The notes: generated by a model from the sequence alone, not told the origin. A DNA stretch of 32,000 nucleotides from Hydrogenibacillus schlegelii (GCF_001653195.1 NZ_JXBB01000006.1:14592-46591); one strand, 5' to 3'; counted from the first letter of the stretch, positions 16,073 to 27,071 are shown. Numbers and translations are program-made.

Positions 16073-17857
16073 GTGCGGCTGTTTCGCGAACTCGGTTGGT
16101 TTTTCTGGCAGGAACGCCGGGCGTATGGGCTCGGCGCGCTCTTTTTGGTCGTCATCGCGTGCATCAATCTGCTCCCCCCGTACTGGGTCGGCCGGACGGT
16201 CGATGCGATCCGGTCGGGGACGGTGACGCCGGCGGAGCTTGCGCGAACGAGTCTGGCGATCCTCGCCGTGGCGGGGGTGTCGTATGCCCTCCGGTACGGG
16301 TGGCGACTTTATCTGTTCGGGAGCGCATATCGGCTCGGGATGCTCCTTCGCAACCGGCTGTTCGCCCGGTTTGTGCGGCTTACGCCGGCGTTTTACCAGC
16401 GGGAGCAGGTGGGCGACCTCCTCGCTCACGTGACGAACGACGTGGAGGCGCTGGAGGCGGCCGCCGGCGAAGGGGTGATGACGCTCGTCGATGCGGTGAG
16501 CATGGGCTGGCTCGTCGTCGGCATGCTGTTCTGGCTCGACGGGCGGCTGGCCCTCGTCGCTCTCTTGCCGATGCCGGCGATCGCCGTCCTGACGAAGCGC
16601 CTCGGAGATGCGATGCACGAGCGCTTCGAGCGGGCCCAGGGGGCGTTCAGCGCCCTGTCCGCCAAGGTGCAGGAGGGGATCGGCGGCCTCCGGGTGCTTC
16701 GGGCGCTCGGCCAGACGGATCGGGAGGTCGAAGCGTTCCGGCGGGCGGCGGAGGCGGCGGCCCGGGAAAACGTCGAGGTGGCCAAGATCGACGCGCTGTA
16801 TTATCCGGTGATTTTTTTCTTCGTCGGGCTGTCGTACTTTCTCACCGTCGCCGTCGGCGCGCTGTTCATCGTGCAGGGGACGCTCACGCTGGGAACGCTC
16901 ACGTCGTTTACGATGTACCTCGGGCACCTCATCTGGCCGATGCTCGCCTTCGGGTATCTGTTCAACATCATGGAGCGGGGGAGCGCCTCGTACGACCGGA
17001 TCCGGCGGCTTCTTACGGCGGAGCCGGCGGTCGCGGACCGACCGGGGGCGGATCCGCGGCCGCCTCGGGGGCCGATCGCGATCCGCATCCGGCGCTTCGC
17101 CTACCCGAATGCGGCGGCGCCGGCGTTGGAAGCGGTGTTCGTCGATCTGCCGGAAGGGGCGACCCTCGGCGTCGTCGGTCCGGTCGGAGCCGGGAAATCG
17201 ACGCTCCTTCGCCTTCTCGTCCGGGAGTATGACGTCGAAGACGGAGAGATCGCGATCGGGGGCCGGCCCCTTTCGGCGTTCACCCTCTCCGCCCTTCGGA
17301 CGGCGGTCGTCTACGTCCCGCAGGAGCCGATCCTCTTTTCGGCGACGGTGCGGGAGAACATCGCCTTTGCCCGGCCGGAGGCGCCGTTTGAGGCGATCGT
17401 GCGGGCGGCCAGGCTGGCGGAGCTCCACGACGACATCGTCCGGTTTCCGGAGGGGTATGAGACGCCGATCGGGGAACGGGGGGTGACCCTCTCCGGCGGG
17501 CAACGGCAGCGCCTCGCCCTCGCCCGGGCGCTCCTTCTGGATCCGGAGGTGCTCGTCATCGACGACGGCCTGTCGGCGGTGGACGGCCGGACGGAGGCGC
17601 GCATCCTGGCCAACCTTCGGGCGGAGCGCCGGGGCAGGACGACGATCATCGCCGCCCACCGCCTGAGCGCCGTCGAGGCGGCGGATCGCATCCTCGTCCT
17701 GATCGACGGGCGGGTGGCGGAGTTGGGGGATCATGCGTCGCTCATGGCCGCCGGAGGGTGGTACGCCCGGACGTACCGGCGGCAGAAGCAGTGGGCGGCC
17801 ATGCGGGAGACGCTTAAGCAAGCGGAGGGACCCAGCGTTGGACGGCGGGAAGCGTGA
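16073..17857 (+). CDS. ABC transporter, fused permease/ATPase (heterodimeric exporter subunit, YheI-like)
   Basis: Six-TM N-terminal domain; Walker A GPVGAGKSTLLR, VTLSGGQRQRLALARALL, Walker B VLVIDDGLSAVD; degenerate catalytic position (DD instead of DE). Confidence 0.9.
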   Translation: MRLFRELGWFFWQERRAYGLGALFLVVIACINLLPPYWVGRTVDAIRSGTVTPAELARTSLAILAVAGVSYALRYGWRLYLFGSAYRLGMLLRNRLFARFVRLTPAFYQREQVGDLLAHVTNDVEALEAAAGEGVMTLVDAVSMGWLVVGMLFWLDGRLALVALLPMPAIAVLTKRLGDAMHERFERAQGAFSALSAKVQEGIGGLRVLRALGQTDREVEAFRRAAEAAARENVEVAKIDALYYPVIFFFVGLSYFLTVAVGALFIVQGTLTLGTLTSFTMYLGHLIWPMLAFGYLFNIMERGSASYDRIRRLLTAEPAVADRPGADPRPPRGPIAIRIRRFAYPNAAAPALEAVFVDLPEGATLGVVGPVGAGKSTLLRLLVREYDVEDGEIAIGGRPLSAFTLSALRTAVVYVPQEPILFSATVRENIAFARPEAPFEAIVRAARLAELHDDIVRFPEGYETPIGERGVTLSGGQRQRLALARALLLDPEVLVIDDGLSAVDGRTEARILANLRAERRGRTTIIAAHRLSAVEAADRILVLIDGRVAELGDHASLMAAGGWYARTYRRQKQWAAMRETLKQAEGPSVGRREA

Positions 17858-19640
17858 CGCGGCGGACGAGCGGGTCGAGTACGGCGTCCGGCGGGCCCGC
17901 CGCGTCGGCCGACGGCTGCTTCGGTATGCGGGGCGGGAGTGGCGGCTTTTTCTCGTCGGGTTCGCGTTCCTGTTTCTGGCCACCGCCGGGAACGTCCTCG
18001 GGCCGGCCCTCATCCGGCGGTTTATCGACCGGCACCTCGTCCCCGGCGATTTTGCGCCGAAGCCGCTTTTGCTGCTGGCGGCGGCGTATCTCCTTTCGCT
18101 CGTGCTCACGGCGGTTTTTCAGTTTTTGCAGTATGTGGCGTTCGGAAAGGCGGCCCAGCGGATCGTCCTCCGGATCCGGATGGACGTCTACCGGCGGGCG
18201 ACGGGGTTTGCCATGGCGTTTTACGACCGGGTGCCGTCCGGGTGGCTCGTCTCCCGGGTGACGAACGACACCGAGGCGCTCAAGGAGCTGTACGCCACGG
18301 TCATCGCCGCTTTTGTGCAAAACGGGGTGTTCCTCCTCGGGGTGACGGGGGCGCTCTTCATCCTCGATCCCCGGTCGGCTCTCTGGCTCGTCTGGGTGCT
18401 TCCGGCGGCCTTCGGGCTCATGGTCGCCTACCGGCGGCTTTCGGACGGCGTCGTCCGCGCGGTGCGGAAGACGCTCTCGGCGCTCAGCGGCTTTTTGGGC
18501 GAGGCGCTCGCCGGCATGCGGGTCATTCAGGCGTACCGGCAGGAGGGCCGGTTTCAGGAGCGGTTTGAGGCGCTCACGGCGACGGCCTACGGCGCCCAGC
18601 TTCGGCGGATCCGGCTGAACGCCCTTCTCGTCCGTCCGGCGGTCGACGTCCTCTACCTTCTCGCCCTCGTCGTCCTCGTCGACGTCTTCGGGCTCCGGTC
18701 CCTCACCGGCGCCGTTTCCCTCGGCGTGCTGGTGGCGTTCATCGCGTATGTCGACCGGATGTTTGAGCCGGTGAACGAGATGATGTTCAGCTTGACCTTT
18801 CTGCAGGGAGCGCTCGTCGCCGGCGAGCGGGTTTTCGGGCTTCTCGATCACGAGGAGCCGTTCTTTAAGCCCGAGCGGCTGGCGCCGGGCGGGATCCGGG
18901 AAGGGCGGATCGAGTTTCGCGACGTGTCGTTTGCGTACGATCCGGCCCATCCGGTGCTCGACGGGGTGACGTTCACGGTCGAGCCGGGACAGACGGTCGC
19001 GCTCGTCGGCCCCACCGGCGCCGGCAAATCGACGATCGCCGGCCTCATCCTCCGCTTTTACCGGCCGACCGCCGGCGAGATCCGGATCGACGGCCGGCCG
19101 CTCGACGACTACGACGAGGCGGTGCTCCGGCGGGACGTCGGATATGTGCTTCAGGAGCCGTTTTTGTTCGGCGGCGACGTGGCGTTCAACATCCGGCTTT
19201 ATGACGACGTTCCGGAGGAAGCGGTCGCGCAGGCGGCGGCGTTCGTCGGCCTCGACCGGCGCCTGGCGCGCCTTCCGGAGGGGCTTCGGACGCCGGTGAT
19301 GGAGCGCGGGGCGGCGCTTTCCGCCGGAGAGCGGCAGCTCGTCGCTTTTGCCCGGGTCATGCTTCGAAACCCGAAAATCCTCATCCTGGACGAGGCGACG
19401 GCGAGCGTCGATTCGGAGACGGAGGCGCTGATCGAGGAGGCCCTCGCGCGGATGCGGCGGGACCGGACGACGATCATCATCGCCCACCGGCTGTCGACGA
19501 TCCAGAAGGCCGACCGGATCTTCGTCCTCTCCCGGGGCCGGATTGTCGAAGCCGGGACGCACGAGACGCTCATGGCCAAAGGCGGTCTATACGCGACGAT
19601 GGTCCGGTTGCAGACGGAAGGGGAGGCGGATTTCGGCTGA
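17838..19640 (+). CDS. ABC transporter, fused permease/ATPase (partner subunit, YheH-like)
   Basis: Walker A GPTGAGKSTIAG, ALSAGERQLVAFARVML, Walker B ILILDEATASVDSETE. TTG start with GGAGGG ribosome-binding site inside the end of the upstream gene. Confidence 0.9.
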   Translation: MDGGKRDAADERVEYGVRRARRVGRRLLRYAGREWRLFLVGFAFLFLATAGNVLGPALIRRFIDRHLVPGDFAPKPLLLLAAAYLLSLVLTAVFQFLQYVAFGKAAQRIVLRIRMDVYRRATGFAMAFYDRVPSGWLVSRVTNDTEALKELYATVIAAFVQNGVFLLGVTGALFILDPRSALWLVWVLPAAFGLMVAYRRLSDGVVRAVRKTLSALSGFLGEALAGMRVIQAYRQEGRFQERFEALTATAYGAQLRRIRLNALLVRPAVDVLYLLALVVLVDVFGLRSLTGAVSLGVLVAFIAYVDRMFEPVNEMMFSLTFLQGALVAGERVFGLLDHEEPFFKPERLAPGGIREGRIEFRDVSFAYDPAHPVLDGVTFTVEPGQTVALVGPTGAGKSTIAGLILRFYRPTAGEIRIDGRPLDDYDEAVLRRDVGYVLQEPFLFGGDVAFNIRLYDDVPEEAVAQAAAFVGLDRRLARLPEGLRTPVMERGAALSAGERQLVAFARVMLRNPKILILDEATASVDSETEALIEEALARMRRDRTTIIIAHRLSTIQKADRIFVLSRGRIVEAGTHETLMAKGGLYATMVRLQTEGEADFG

Positions 19641-19676
19641 CGGGCGGGGGGCGTCAGGACGACCGGCGGTGCGGCC

Positions 19677-19772
19677 GGCGGGAAAGGCGCGGCGGCGGGA
19701 AGGCGCGGCGGCGGGAAGGCGCGGCGACCGGCGGGAAGGCGCGACGGCGGGACGGGCGATGGGACGGGCGGG
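19677..19772. repeat. degenerate GC-rich short tandem repeat (unit about 15-16 bp, gcggcgggaaggcgcg-like)
   Basis: Repeated cggcgggaaggcgcg blocks between the ABC exporter and the dehydrogenase. Confidence 0.75.
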
Positions 19773-19906
19773 AAGGGGGACGGACGGCCGGTGAGGTGCG
19801 CGCGACGGCCGGCAGGAGTTTTTCGTCCCGGCGGCGAATCCCCCAAGGAACGAGGGATCGGAAAAAGATCGGCCCAAGCGGGCATCCTGTAAAGGAGGCG
19901 GGAGGC

Positions 19907-20887
19907 TTGAGCGATCGGCGCATTTTCGTCAGCCGGCGTCTTCCGGAAGCGGTGCTGGCGCCGCTCCGGTCGCTCGGGACGGTCGAGGTCTGGCCGGAAG
20001 AAACCGTCCCGCCGCCGCGGGAGGTGCTCCTCGAAGCGGCGGCGCGCGCCCGGGCGATGCTCACCCTGATCACCGACCGGATCGACGCCGAAATGATCGA
20101 ACGGGCGGAGTCGCTCGCGATCATCGCCAACATGGCCGTCGGGTACAACAACATCGACGTCGCCGCGGCCCGGCGGCGGGGCATCTGGGTGACGAACACG
20201 CCGGACGTTTTGACCGAGACGACGGCCGATCTCGTCATGGCGCTCCTGCTCGCGGCGATGCGGCGGCTTCCGCAGGCGGAGCGGGCCCTTCGGGAGAGGC
20301 AGTGGCAGGGCTGGTCGCCGTTTGACTTCGTCGGCCTGGACGTTCACGGCAAGCGCCTCGGCATCTTCGGCATGGGCCGGATCGGCCGGGCGGTCGCCCG
20401 GCGGGCCCGGGGATTCGACATGGAGATCCTCTACCACAACCGCCGGCGCCTGCCGGAGGCGGTCGAGCGGGGCATCCCGGCCCGGTACGTCGACTTTGCC
20501 GCCCTCGTCCAGGAGAGCGACGTCCTCGTCATCCTGGCGCCGTACGCGCCGGAGCTCTACCACCGGTTCAACCGGGAGGTGCTGTACGGGATGAAGCGCG
20601 GCGCGGTGCTCATCGTCGCGTCCCGGGGCGGCATCGTCGACGAGGCCGCCCTCGTCGAAGTGCTTCGGGCCGGTCACCTGGCGGCGGCGGGCCTCGACGT
20701 CTTCGAAACGGAGCCGATCCCGCCGGATCATCCGCTTCTTACGGTCGAAAACGCCGTCCTTTTGCCCCACATCGGGAGCGCCACGGTCGAAACCCGCCTC
20801 AAGATGGCCGAACGGGCGGTGGACAACATCGTCCGGGTGCTCACCGGCCGGCCGCCTCGGGATCCGGTCGACGCCGACGGGCCGTAA
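19907..20887 (+). CDS. D-isomer specific 2-hydroxyacid dehydrogenase (glyoxylate/hydroxypyruvate reductase-like)
   Basis: NMAVGYNNIDVAAARRRGIWVTNTPDVLTETTADLVMALLLAAMRR, LGIFGMGRIGRAVARRARGF, ASRGGIVDEAALVEVL, GLDVFETEPIPPDHPLLTVENAVLLPHIGSAT. Confidence 0.93.
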   Translation: MSDRRIFVSRRLPEAVLAPLRSLGTVEVWPEETVPPPREVLLEAAARARAMLTLITDRIDAEMIERAESLAIIANMAVGYNNIDVAAARRRGIWVTNTPDVLTETTADLVMALLLAAMRRLPQAERALRERQWQGWSPFDFVGLDVHGKRLGIFGMGRIGRAVARRARGFDMEILYHNRRRLPEAVERGIPARYVDFAALVQESDVLVILAPYAPELYHRFNREVLYGMKRGAVLIVASRGGIVDEAALVEVLRAGHLAAAGLDVFETEPIPPDHPLLTVENAVLLPHIGSATVETRLKMAERAVDNIVRVLTGRPPRDPVDADGP

Positions 20888-21082
20888 CCGGGAAGGGGCG
20901 GCCAAAGCGGCGGCGTTGCGGGGATCGCCGGGGAAGGAAAAGAAGCGCCGCCGATCGGCCGGGTCGCCGATGCGGGCGCTTTCGGGCGACGGAAGCGCCG
21001 GGAGGACGATGCCGGCGCCTTTTACGGCGGAAGAAGCGGGAGAGGCAGCGGCGAAAAGGATGACGCCGGTGCCTTTTTCCGG

Positions 21083-21088
21083 TATAAT
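21083..21088 (+). promoter_or_regulatory. -10 element TATAAT upstream of aconitase
   Basis: Consensus TATAAT 81 bp 5' of the ATG; the -35 is not obvious. Confidence 0.45.
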
Positions 21089-21168
21089 GGTGCTGATCAG
21101 AGAAACGAAGTTCTGTCAAACGAAACAACGGCGCCGGCCCGGCGGCCGGCGGATGAGGAGGCGGCGCC

Positions 21169-23859
21169 ATGGACGTTCGGACCCTTTGGCGGGAGCTTAT
21201 CGTCGACGGGAAGACGTACCGCTACGTCGCCCTGCCGGAACTTCGGCATTTCGGCTATCGGCCGGAGCGGCTCCCGTTTTCCATCCGGGTGCTCCTCGAG
21301 GCGGCGATCCGGCAGCTCGACGGTCGGGCGATCACCGAGGAGCACGTCCGGCTCATCGCCGGCTGGGAGACGGCGGACAAGACGAAGGAGATCCCCTTTT
21401 TGCCGGCGCGAATCGTGCTCCAGGATTTTACCGGCGTGCCGGCGGTCGTCGACCTCGCGGCGATGCGGGAGGCGATGGCGAAGCGGGGCGGCGATCCGCG
21501 GCGGATCAACCCCCTCGTGCCGGTCGACCTCGTCATCGACCATTCGGTCATGGTCGACGTCTACGGCTCCAAAGAAGCCCTCGAGGCGAACATGGAGTAC
21601 GAATTCCGGCGGAACATGGAACGCTACCGCTTCCTCCGCTGGGCGCAGAAAGCGTTTGACGACTTCCGGGTCGTGCCGCCGGCGACGGGGATCGTCCATC
21701 AGGTCAACCTCGAATATCTCGCCACCCTCGTCCGGGAAAAGGAGACGCCGGACGGGACGGTGCTCTTCCCCGATTCCCTCGTCGGCACCGACTCCCACAC
21801 GACGATGATCAACGGCCTCGGCGTCGTCGGCTGGGGCGTCGGCGGCATCGAGGCGGAGGCGGGCATGCTCGGCCAGCCGCTCTATTTCCTCCTGCCGGAG
21901 GTCGTCGGCTTCCGCCTGACGGGGAAGCTCCCGGAGGGGGCGACGGCGACGGACCTCGTGCTCACGGTGACGCACATCCTGCGGAAAAAAGGCGTCGTCG
22001 GCAAGTTCGTCGAATTTTTCGGCCCCGGGGTCAAGACCCTCTCCCTCGCCGACCGGGCGACGGTGGCGAACATGGCGCCGGAGTACGGCGCGACGATGGG
22101 CTACTTCCCCGTCGACGAAGAGTCGATCCGCTATCTCGCCCTCACCGGCCGGGACGAGGCGCTCGTCCGACGGGTCGAGGCGTACTACAAGGCGCAGGAG
22201 ATGTTCTACGGCGACGGGACGCCGGATCCGGTCTATTCCGACGTCGTGGAACTGGATCTCGCCACCGTCGTGCCGACGATCGCCGGGCCCCGGCGGCCCC
22301 AGGACCGGATCGATCTGGACAAGGCCAGGGCGACGATCGAGACGCTGTTCGAAAAACCCGTCGCGGAAGGCGGTTACGGCCTCGCCGGCGAGGCGCGCGA
22401 GCGGGCGGTCCTTGTCCGGCACCCGAGCGGCGAGACGTCGACGCTCCGGCACGGCTCGATCGTCATCGCCGCCATCACGAGCTGCACGAACACGTCGAAC
22501 CCGAGCGTTATGATCGGCGCCGGCCTCGTCGCCAAAAAGGCCGTCGAACGGGGGCTCAAGGTGCCGCCGTACGTCAAGACCAGCCTCGCGCCGGGTTCGC
22601 GCGTCGTGACTCGCTATCTCGAAGACGCCGGCCTCTTGGAGGCCCTGGAAAAACTGGGGTTTGCCGTCGTCGGCTACGGCTGCACGACATGCATCGGCAA
22701 CAGCGGTCCTCTGCCGGATGAAGTGAGCGCGGCGATCCGGGACGGCGACCTCACCGTGGCCGCGGTCTTAAGCGGCAACCGCAACTTCGAAGGGCGGATC
22801 CACGCCCAGGTGAAGGCGAACTTCCTCGCCTCGCCGCCCCTCGTCGTCGCCTACGCCATCGCCGGGCGGGTCGACATCGATCTCATGACGGAGCCCCTCG
22901 GCACGGACCGGGAAGGGCGGCCGGTCTACCTGAAGGACCTCTGGCCGACGTCCCGGGAGATTCAGGACGCGATCCTCAAGACCGTCACGCCGGAAAAATT
23001 CCGCGAGACGTACCGGGACGTCTTTACCGGCAACAGCCGCTGGAACGCCATCGACGTGCCCGAAGGGATGCTTTACGCCTGGGATCCGAACTCGACGTAC
23101 ATCCAGCATCCGCCGTTTTTTGAAGGGTTGGAGGCGGAGCGCGGCATCCGGGACATCCGCGGGGCGCGGGCGCTGCTTCTCCTCGGCGATTCGGTGACCA
23201 CGGACCACATATCCCCGGCCGGGGCCATCGCCCCGGATTCGCCGGCGGGCCGCTATCTGCTGGAGCGGGGCGTCGCCCAGCGGGACTTCAACTCTTACGG
23301 CTCCCGGCGGGGCAACCATGAGGTGATGATGCGCGGGACGTTCGCCAACATTCGCCTGCGGAACCTGATGCTCCCCGGCACCGAAGGCGGCGTGACGAAG
23401 CATTTCCCCAGCGGCGAGATCATGAGCGTGTACGAGGCGGCCATGCGCTATCGGGCCGCAGGGACGCCGCTTGTCGTCCTCGCCGGAAAAGAATACGGCA
23501 CCGGCTCATCCCGCGACTGGGCGGCCAAGGGGACGGCCCTCCTCGGCATCCGGGCGGTCATCGCCGAAAGCATTGAGCGCATCCACCGGTCGAACCTCGT
23601 CGGCATGGGGGTGCTGCCCCTCGAATTCATGCCCGGCGAAAGCTGGCGGTCCCTCGGCCTGACCGGGGAGGAGATCTTCGACATCGAAGGTCTTCACGAC
23701 GACCTCCGGCCCGGCGCGGTCCTCACCGTCCGGGCGACGCGGCCGGACGGGCGGGTGACGACGTTCAACGTCAAAAGCCGCCTCGACAGCGTCGTCGAGA
23801 TCGATTACTACAAAAACGGCGGCATTTTGCAGACGGTGCTCAAGCAGCTGATGGCATAA
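21169..23859 (+). CDS. acnA: aconitate hydratase
   Basis: Full-length 896 aa: [108 protein letters not shown]. Confidence 0.97.
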   Translation: MDVRTLWRELIVDGKTYRYVALPELRHFGYRPERLPFSIRVLLEAAIRQLDGRAITEEHVRLIAGWETADKTKEIPFLPARIVLQDFTGVPAVVDLAAMREAMAKRGGDPRRINPLVPVDLVIDHSVMVDVYGSKEALEANMEYEFRRNMERYRFLRWAQKAFDDFRVVPPATGIVHQVNLEYLATLVREKETPDGTVLFPDSLVGTDSHTTMINGLGVVGWGVGGIEAEAGMLGQPLYFLLPEVVGFRLTGKLPEGATATDLVLTVTHILRKKGVVGKFVEFFGPGVKTLSLADRATVANMAPEYGATMGYFPVDEESIRYLALTGRDEALVRRVEAYYKAQEMFYGDGTPDPVYSDVVELDLATVVPTIAGPRRPQDRIDLDKARATIETLFEKPVAEGGYGLAGEARERAVLVRHPSGETSTLRHGSIVIAAITSCTNTSNPSVMIGAGLVAKKAVERGLKVPPYVKTSLAPGSRVVTRYLEDAGLLEALEKLGFAVVGYGCTTCIGNSGPLPDEVSAAIRDGDLTVAAVLSGNRNFEGRIHAQVKANFLASPPLVVAYAIAGRVDIDLMTEPLGTDREGRPVYLKDLWPTSREIQDAILKTVTPEKFRETYRDVFTGNSRWNAIDVPEGMLYAWDPNSTYIQHPPFFEGLEAERGIRDIRGARALLLLGDSVTTDHISPAGAIAPDSPAGRYLLERGVAQRDFNSYGSRRGNHEVMMRGTFANIRLRNLMLPGTEGGVTKHFPSGEIMSVYEAAMRYRAAGTPLVVLAGKEYGTGSSRDWAAKGTALLGIRAVIAESIERIHRSNLVGMGVLPLEFMPGESWRSLGLTGEEIFDIEGLHDDLRPGAVLTVRATRPDGRVTTFNVKSRLDSVVEIDYYKNGGILQTVLKQLMA

Positions 23860-24109
23860 AATGGACGCCGCTCGAGCGAGGGGCGACGATCGGCGGCCGT
23901 CCTTCGTGGCGACATCCGTCCGCCGAGGGGGGCAATGCTTTCGGTCCGCCGCCGCGACGGATGCTTGGAATCGGCTGCCCGTCTGGGCGGACCCTGGCCG
24001 CCGGCCGTCCGCCGCGGCGTGTCCTTTTGGAAAAGACGGCCGGTCGGATCCGGCACCGTTTGAGACGGGAAACGGGTTTGTGGAACAGGGATCGGTTTTT
24101 GTGGTTCAG

Positions 24110-24134
24110 GCGCCCCGGCCGGGGCGCTTTTTTT
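24110..24134 (+). terminator. Rho-independent terminator downstream of aconitase
   Basis: gcgccccggccggggcgc perfect palindrome followed by T7. Confidence 0.85.
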
Positions 24135-24204
24135 CCGGCCTGTCTCTTGGGGCGGCAGCAGCGCACTTGAAGAATTTTGCTTTACCGTGATAACGGGATA
24201 AAGG

Positions 24205-24232
24205 TTGACAACCGGCGGCGGACGTTTAGAAT
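24205..24232 (+). promoter_or_regulatory. sigma-A type promoter of the amino-acid ABC transporter genes
   Basis: TTGACA (24205-24210), 16-bp spacer, TAGAAT (24227-24232). Confidence 0.75.
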
Positions 24233-24237
24233 TAGAG

Positions 24238-24269
24238 GCATATGAATGCACCGCCTCGCAATCATATGC
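24238..24269 (+). promoter_or_regulatory. 5'-leader stem-loop
   Basis: gcatatgaatgc / gcaatcatatgc: 12-nt arms, one mismatch, 8-nt loop accgcctc, just downstream of the promoter. Confidence 0.7.
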
Positions 24270-24329
24270 AGAAGGGGTAGGTTTCTCTTGAAAAGAATGG
24301 AGAATGAAGAAAGGGAAGGGAGACCGAAG

Positions 24330-25190
24330 ATGGATCGGGACCGCAAGACAGAAACGCCGGCCGCGCTTCGTCGTCTGGGGCGCAGGCTTCTTCCGCTCTT
24401 TTTTCTCGTCGCCTTCGGCGCGGGTCTGGCGGCGTGCGGCGGCGGTTCTCAGGGGGGAGGCGCCGCGGGCGGCGGTGCGTCGTCCGAGGGGCCGGCGGCC
24501 GGCGGCGAGAAGACGATCCTCGTCGTCGGAAGCGACGCCGCTTATGCGCCTTTTGAGTACGTGAACGAAAAGGGCGAGATCGTCGGCTGGGACATCGACC
24601 TCATCCACAAGCTGGGGGAGCTCGGCGGCTTTCAGGTGGAGATCCGGAACCTTCCCTGGGATTCCCTTTTCCAGGAAGTGAAAAACGGCGGCGTCGACGC
24701 GGCCATCTCCGCCATCACGATCACCGACGACCGGAAGCTCACCTACGACTTCAGCGATCCGTACTACGTCGCCCACCAGCTCGTCCTCGTCCCCGAAGAT
24801 TCGCCGATCCAGACGCTTGAAGATCTCAAGACGAAAGCCCGCTACGTCGGCGTGCAAAACGCGACGACCGGCCACATCGTCGCGCAAAATCTCCTCGGCA
24901 AGACGAGCCCGAAGATCAAAGCGTACGAGTCGACGCCGCTTGCGATCCAGGACATGCTCGGCGGCAACACCGACGCCGTCATCGCCGACAACGCCGTCGT
25001 CATCGAATACGTGAAAAACAACCCGAAGGCGAAGCTTCGCTACTTCGACGATCCGTCCTTTGAAAAAGAGTATTACGGCATCATGGTCAAAAAAGGGAAC
25101 GCCGAGGTGCTCGATCGGATCAACGCCGCGCTGAAAAAGGCGAAAGAAGAAGGCGTGATTCGGGAGATCTTTGGAGCGGACGTCGAATGA
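24330..25190 (+). CDS. polar amino acid ABC transporter, substrate-binding lipoprotein
   Basis: Signal peptide with lipobox LAAC; GEKTILVVGSDAAYAPFEYVNEKGEIVGWDIDLIHKLGE...AAISAITITDDRKLTYDFSDPYY, type 3 solute-binding signature. Confidence 0.93.
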   Translation: MDRDRKTETPAALRRLGRRLLPLFFLVAFGAGLAACGGGSQGGGAAGGGASSEGPAAGGEKTILVVGSDAAYAPFEYVNEKGEIVGWDIDLIHKLGELGGFQVEIRNLPWDSLFQEVKNGGVDAAISAITITDDRKLTYDFSDPYYVAHQLVLVPEDSPIQTLEDLKTKARYVGVQNATTGHIVAQNLLGKTSPKIKAYESTPLAIQDMLGGNTDAVIADNAVVIEYVKNNPKAKLRYFDDPSFEKEYYGIMVKKGNAEVLDRINAALKKAKEEGVIREIFGADVE

Positions 25191-25225
25191 GATCGCGCCG
25201 CCGGCACGGGTGAGGGGGACGGACG

Positions 25226-25906
25226 GTGCTCGACCTTCTGGATTTTCGCCCGGAGATCATCTGGAATTACCGGGAACTCTTTATCCGCGGCGTCTACTAC
25301 ACGTTCATTCTCTCCGTCGCCGGCGTGGCCATCGGGCTCGTCATCGGCCTGTTCGCCGGGATGGCCAAGCTCTCCCGGCGGGCGTGGCTCCGGGTTCCGG
25401 CGGTCGTCTACATCGAATTTTTCCGCGGCACGCCGCTTTTCGTCCAGATTCTCCTCATACACTTTGCCGTCCTTCCGACCCTTCTCGGCAAGGCCCAAAG
25501 CCCCATCGTCTCCGGCATCGTCGCCCTCGCCGTCAACTCCGGCGCCTACATCGCGGAAATCTTCCGGGCCGGCATCCAGTCCATCGCCCGCGGACAGATG
25601 GAGGCCGCCCGCTCCCTGGGCTTAAGCCACGCCCAGGCGATGCGCTACGTCATCCTGCCGCAGGCGCTCCGGCGGATGATCCCGCCCCTGGGGAACGAAT
25701 TTCTCATCGTCCTCAAAGACTCGTCCCTCCTTTCGGCCATCGCCGTTCCGGAGCTTGCGAACGCCGGTCGAATCGTCAACGGCGCGCTGCAGCGGCCGTG
25801 GGAGGCCTTTCTGACGGTGCTCGTCCTCTACCTCATTCTGTCTCTCGTCTTGAGCGCCCTCATCCACCGCCTCGAAGGCCGCCTTTCGGCGGGCCGAAGC
25901 GGCTGA
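25226..25906 (+). CDS. polar amino acid ABC transporter, permease
   Basis: [90 protein letters not shown] (HisM/GlnP EAA loop). Confidence 0.95.
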   Translation: MLDLLDFRPEIIWNYRELFIRGVYYTFILSVAGVAIGLVIGLFAGMAKLSRRAWLRVPAVVYIEFFRGTPLFVQILLIHFAVLPTLLGKAQSPIVSGIVALAVNSGAYIAEIFRAGIQSIARGQMEAARSLGLSHAQAMRYVILPQALRRMIPPLGNEFLIVLKDSSLLSAIAVPELANAGRIVNGALQRPWEAFLTVLVLYLILSLVLSALIHRLEGRLSAGRSG

Positions 25907-26087
25907 GGCCGGAGGCGACGGGCCGGGATGCACCGGCGTGAAACGCGGCGGCGGGAAGCGTTGGCGTGTAAGCAGGCGGCGGTCGGAAGCGCTTCGGTTC
26001 GCCGGCGTCCGGGGCCAAAGGCGGCGTCGCCGGTGCCCGACCGTTTTCGGTGAAGCGGTCACGGCGAGCAGGGAGGTTACGCGATCG

Positions 26088-26858
26088 ATGCTGGAGAAAC
26101 GATCGGCGCCCGAGACGCATGAGCCCGCAGCGCCCCTCATCTCCGTCCGGGGCGTGAGCAAATCCTTCGGGACAAACCGCGTGCTGAAGAAGATCGATCT
26201 CGACGTCTACCCGCAGGAAGTCGTCGTCATCATCGGTCCTTCGGGATCGGGGAAAAGCACGCTCCTTCGGTGCCTGAACCTCCTCGAGACGGTCGACGAG
26301 GGGGAGATCGTCGTCGACGGCGTCCGCCTCACCGACCCGAAGACGGACGTCGACGCCGTCCGGCGGGAGCTCGGGATGGTCTTTCAGCACTTTCACCTGT
26401 TCCCGCACATGACGGTGCTGGAAAACCTCATCCTCGCGCCGATGAAAGTCCGGCGGCGGCCGCGGGACGCCGCCGTCGCCGACGCCCGGGAACTGCTCCG
26501 GAAGGTCGGCCTCGCCGACAAGGAGGACGCCTATCCCGACGCCCTCTCCGGCGGGCAGCAGCAGCGGGTCGCGATCGCCCGGGCGCTCATGATGAAGCCG
26601 AAGGCGATGCTGTTCGACGAGCCGACGAGCGCCCTCGATCCGGAGATGGTCAAGGAAGTGCTGGACGTGATGAAGTCCCTGGCGCGGGAGGGGATGACGA
26701 TGGTCGTCGTCACCCACGAGATGGGCTTTGCCCGGGAGGTCGGCGACCGGGTCGTCTTCATGGACCAGGGGGAAATCGTCGAGGTCGGGACGCCGGAGGC
26801 GATCTTTTCTCGGCCGCAAAACCCGCGGACGCAGACGTTTTTGAGCAAGATCCTTTAA
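26088..26858 (+). CDS. polar amino acid ABC transporter, ATP-binding protein (GlnQ-like)
   Basis: [83 protein letters not shown]. Confidence 0.95.
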   Translation: MLEKRSAPETHEPAAPLISVRGVSKSFGTNRVLKKIDLDVYPQEVVVIIGPSGSGKSTLLRCLNLLETVDEGEIVVDGVRLTDPKTDVDAVRRELGMVFQHFHLFPHMTVLENLILAPMKVRRRPRDAAVADARELLRKVGLADKEDAYPDALSGGQQQRVAIARALMMKPKAMLFDEPTSALDPEMVKEVLDVMKSLAREGMTMVVVTHEMGFAREVGDRVVFMDQGEIVEVGTPEAIFSRPQNPRTQTFLSKIL

Positions 26859-27009
26859 GCGGCGGACGTTGGCGCCCCGGTCTTCAACCGCTCCGGGCGT
26901 CGGGCTTTTCGACGGATCCGCAACCTCCCGTTTTGATCGCGCTGCGCTTCAGGAGCCGTTCGCTCGCAAGATGAGAAGCCGTCCGGTCCCCGGGCCGGGC
27001 GGTATTTTC

Positions 27010-27038
27010 TTGCAGAAAAAAGGAATTCATGGTAATAT
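27010..27038 (+). promoter_or_regulatory. sigma-A type promoter upstream of the WYL regulator
   Basis: TTGCAG (27010-27015), 17-bp spacer, TAATAT (27033-27038). Confidence 0.65.
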
Positions 27039-27071
27039 CAAAGCGAGTATCGTCGAAAGAAAGGAAATCTC

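Noticed and set aside
13870-16167. 765-aa minus-strand ORF
   Set aside because: Arg/Pro/His-rich translation with no domain-like motifs, antisense to the well-supported HAD hydrolase, the ThyX-like gene and the receiver/exporter flanks. Typical shadow ORF of GC-rich coding DNA.
15890-18109. 739-aa minus-strand ORF
   Set aside because: Exactly antisense to the ABC exporter subunit with clear Walker and signature motifs; low-complexity RRP-rich product.
21097-22452. 451-aa minus-strand ORF, and the 19199..20905 minus ORF
   Set aside because: Antisense to aconitase and to the exporter/dehydrogenase genes respectively; composition is that of a reverse-frame shadow.
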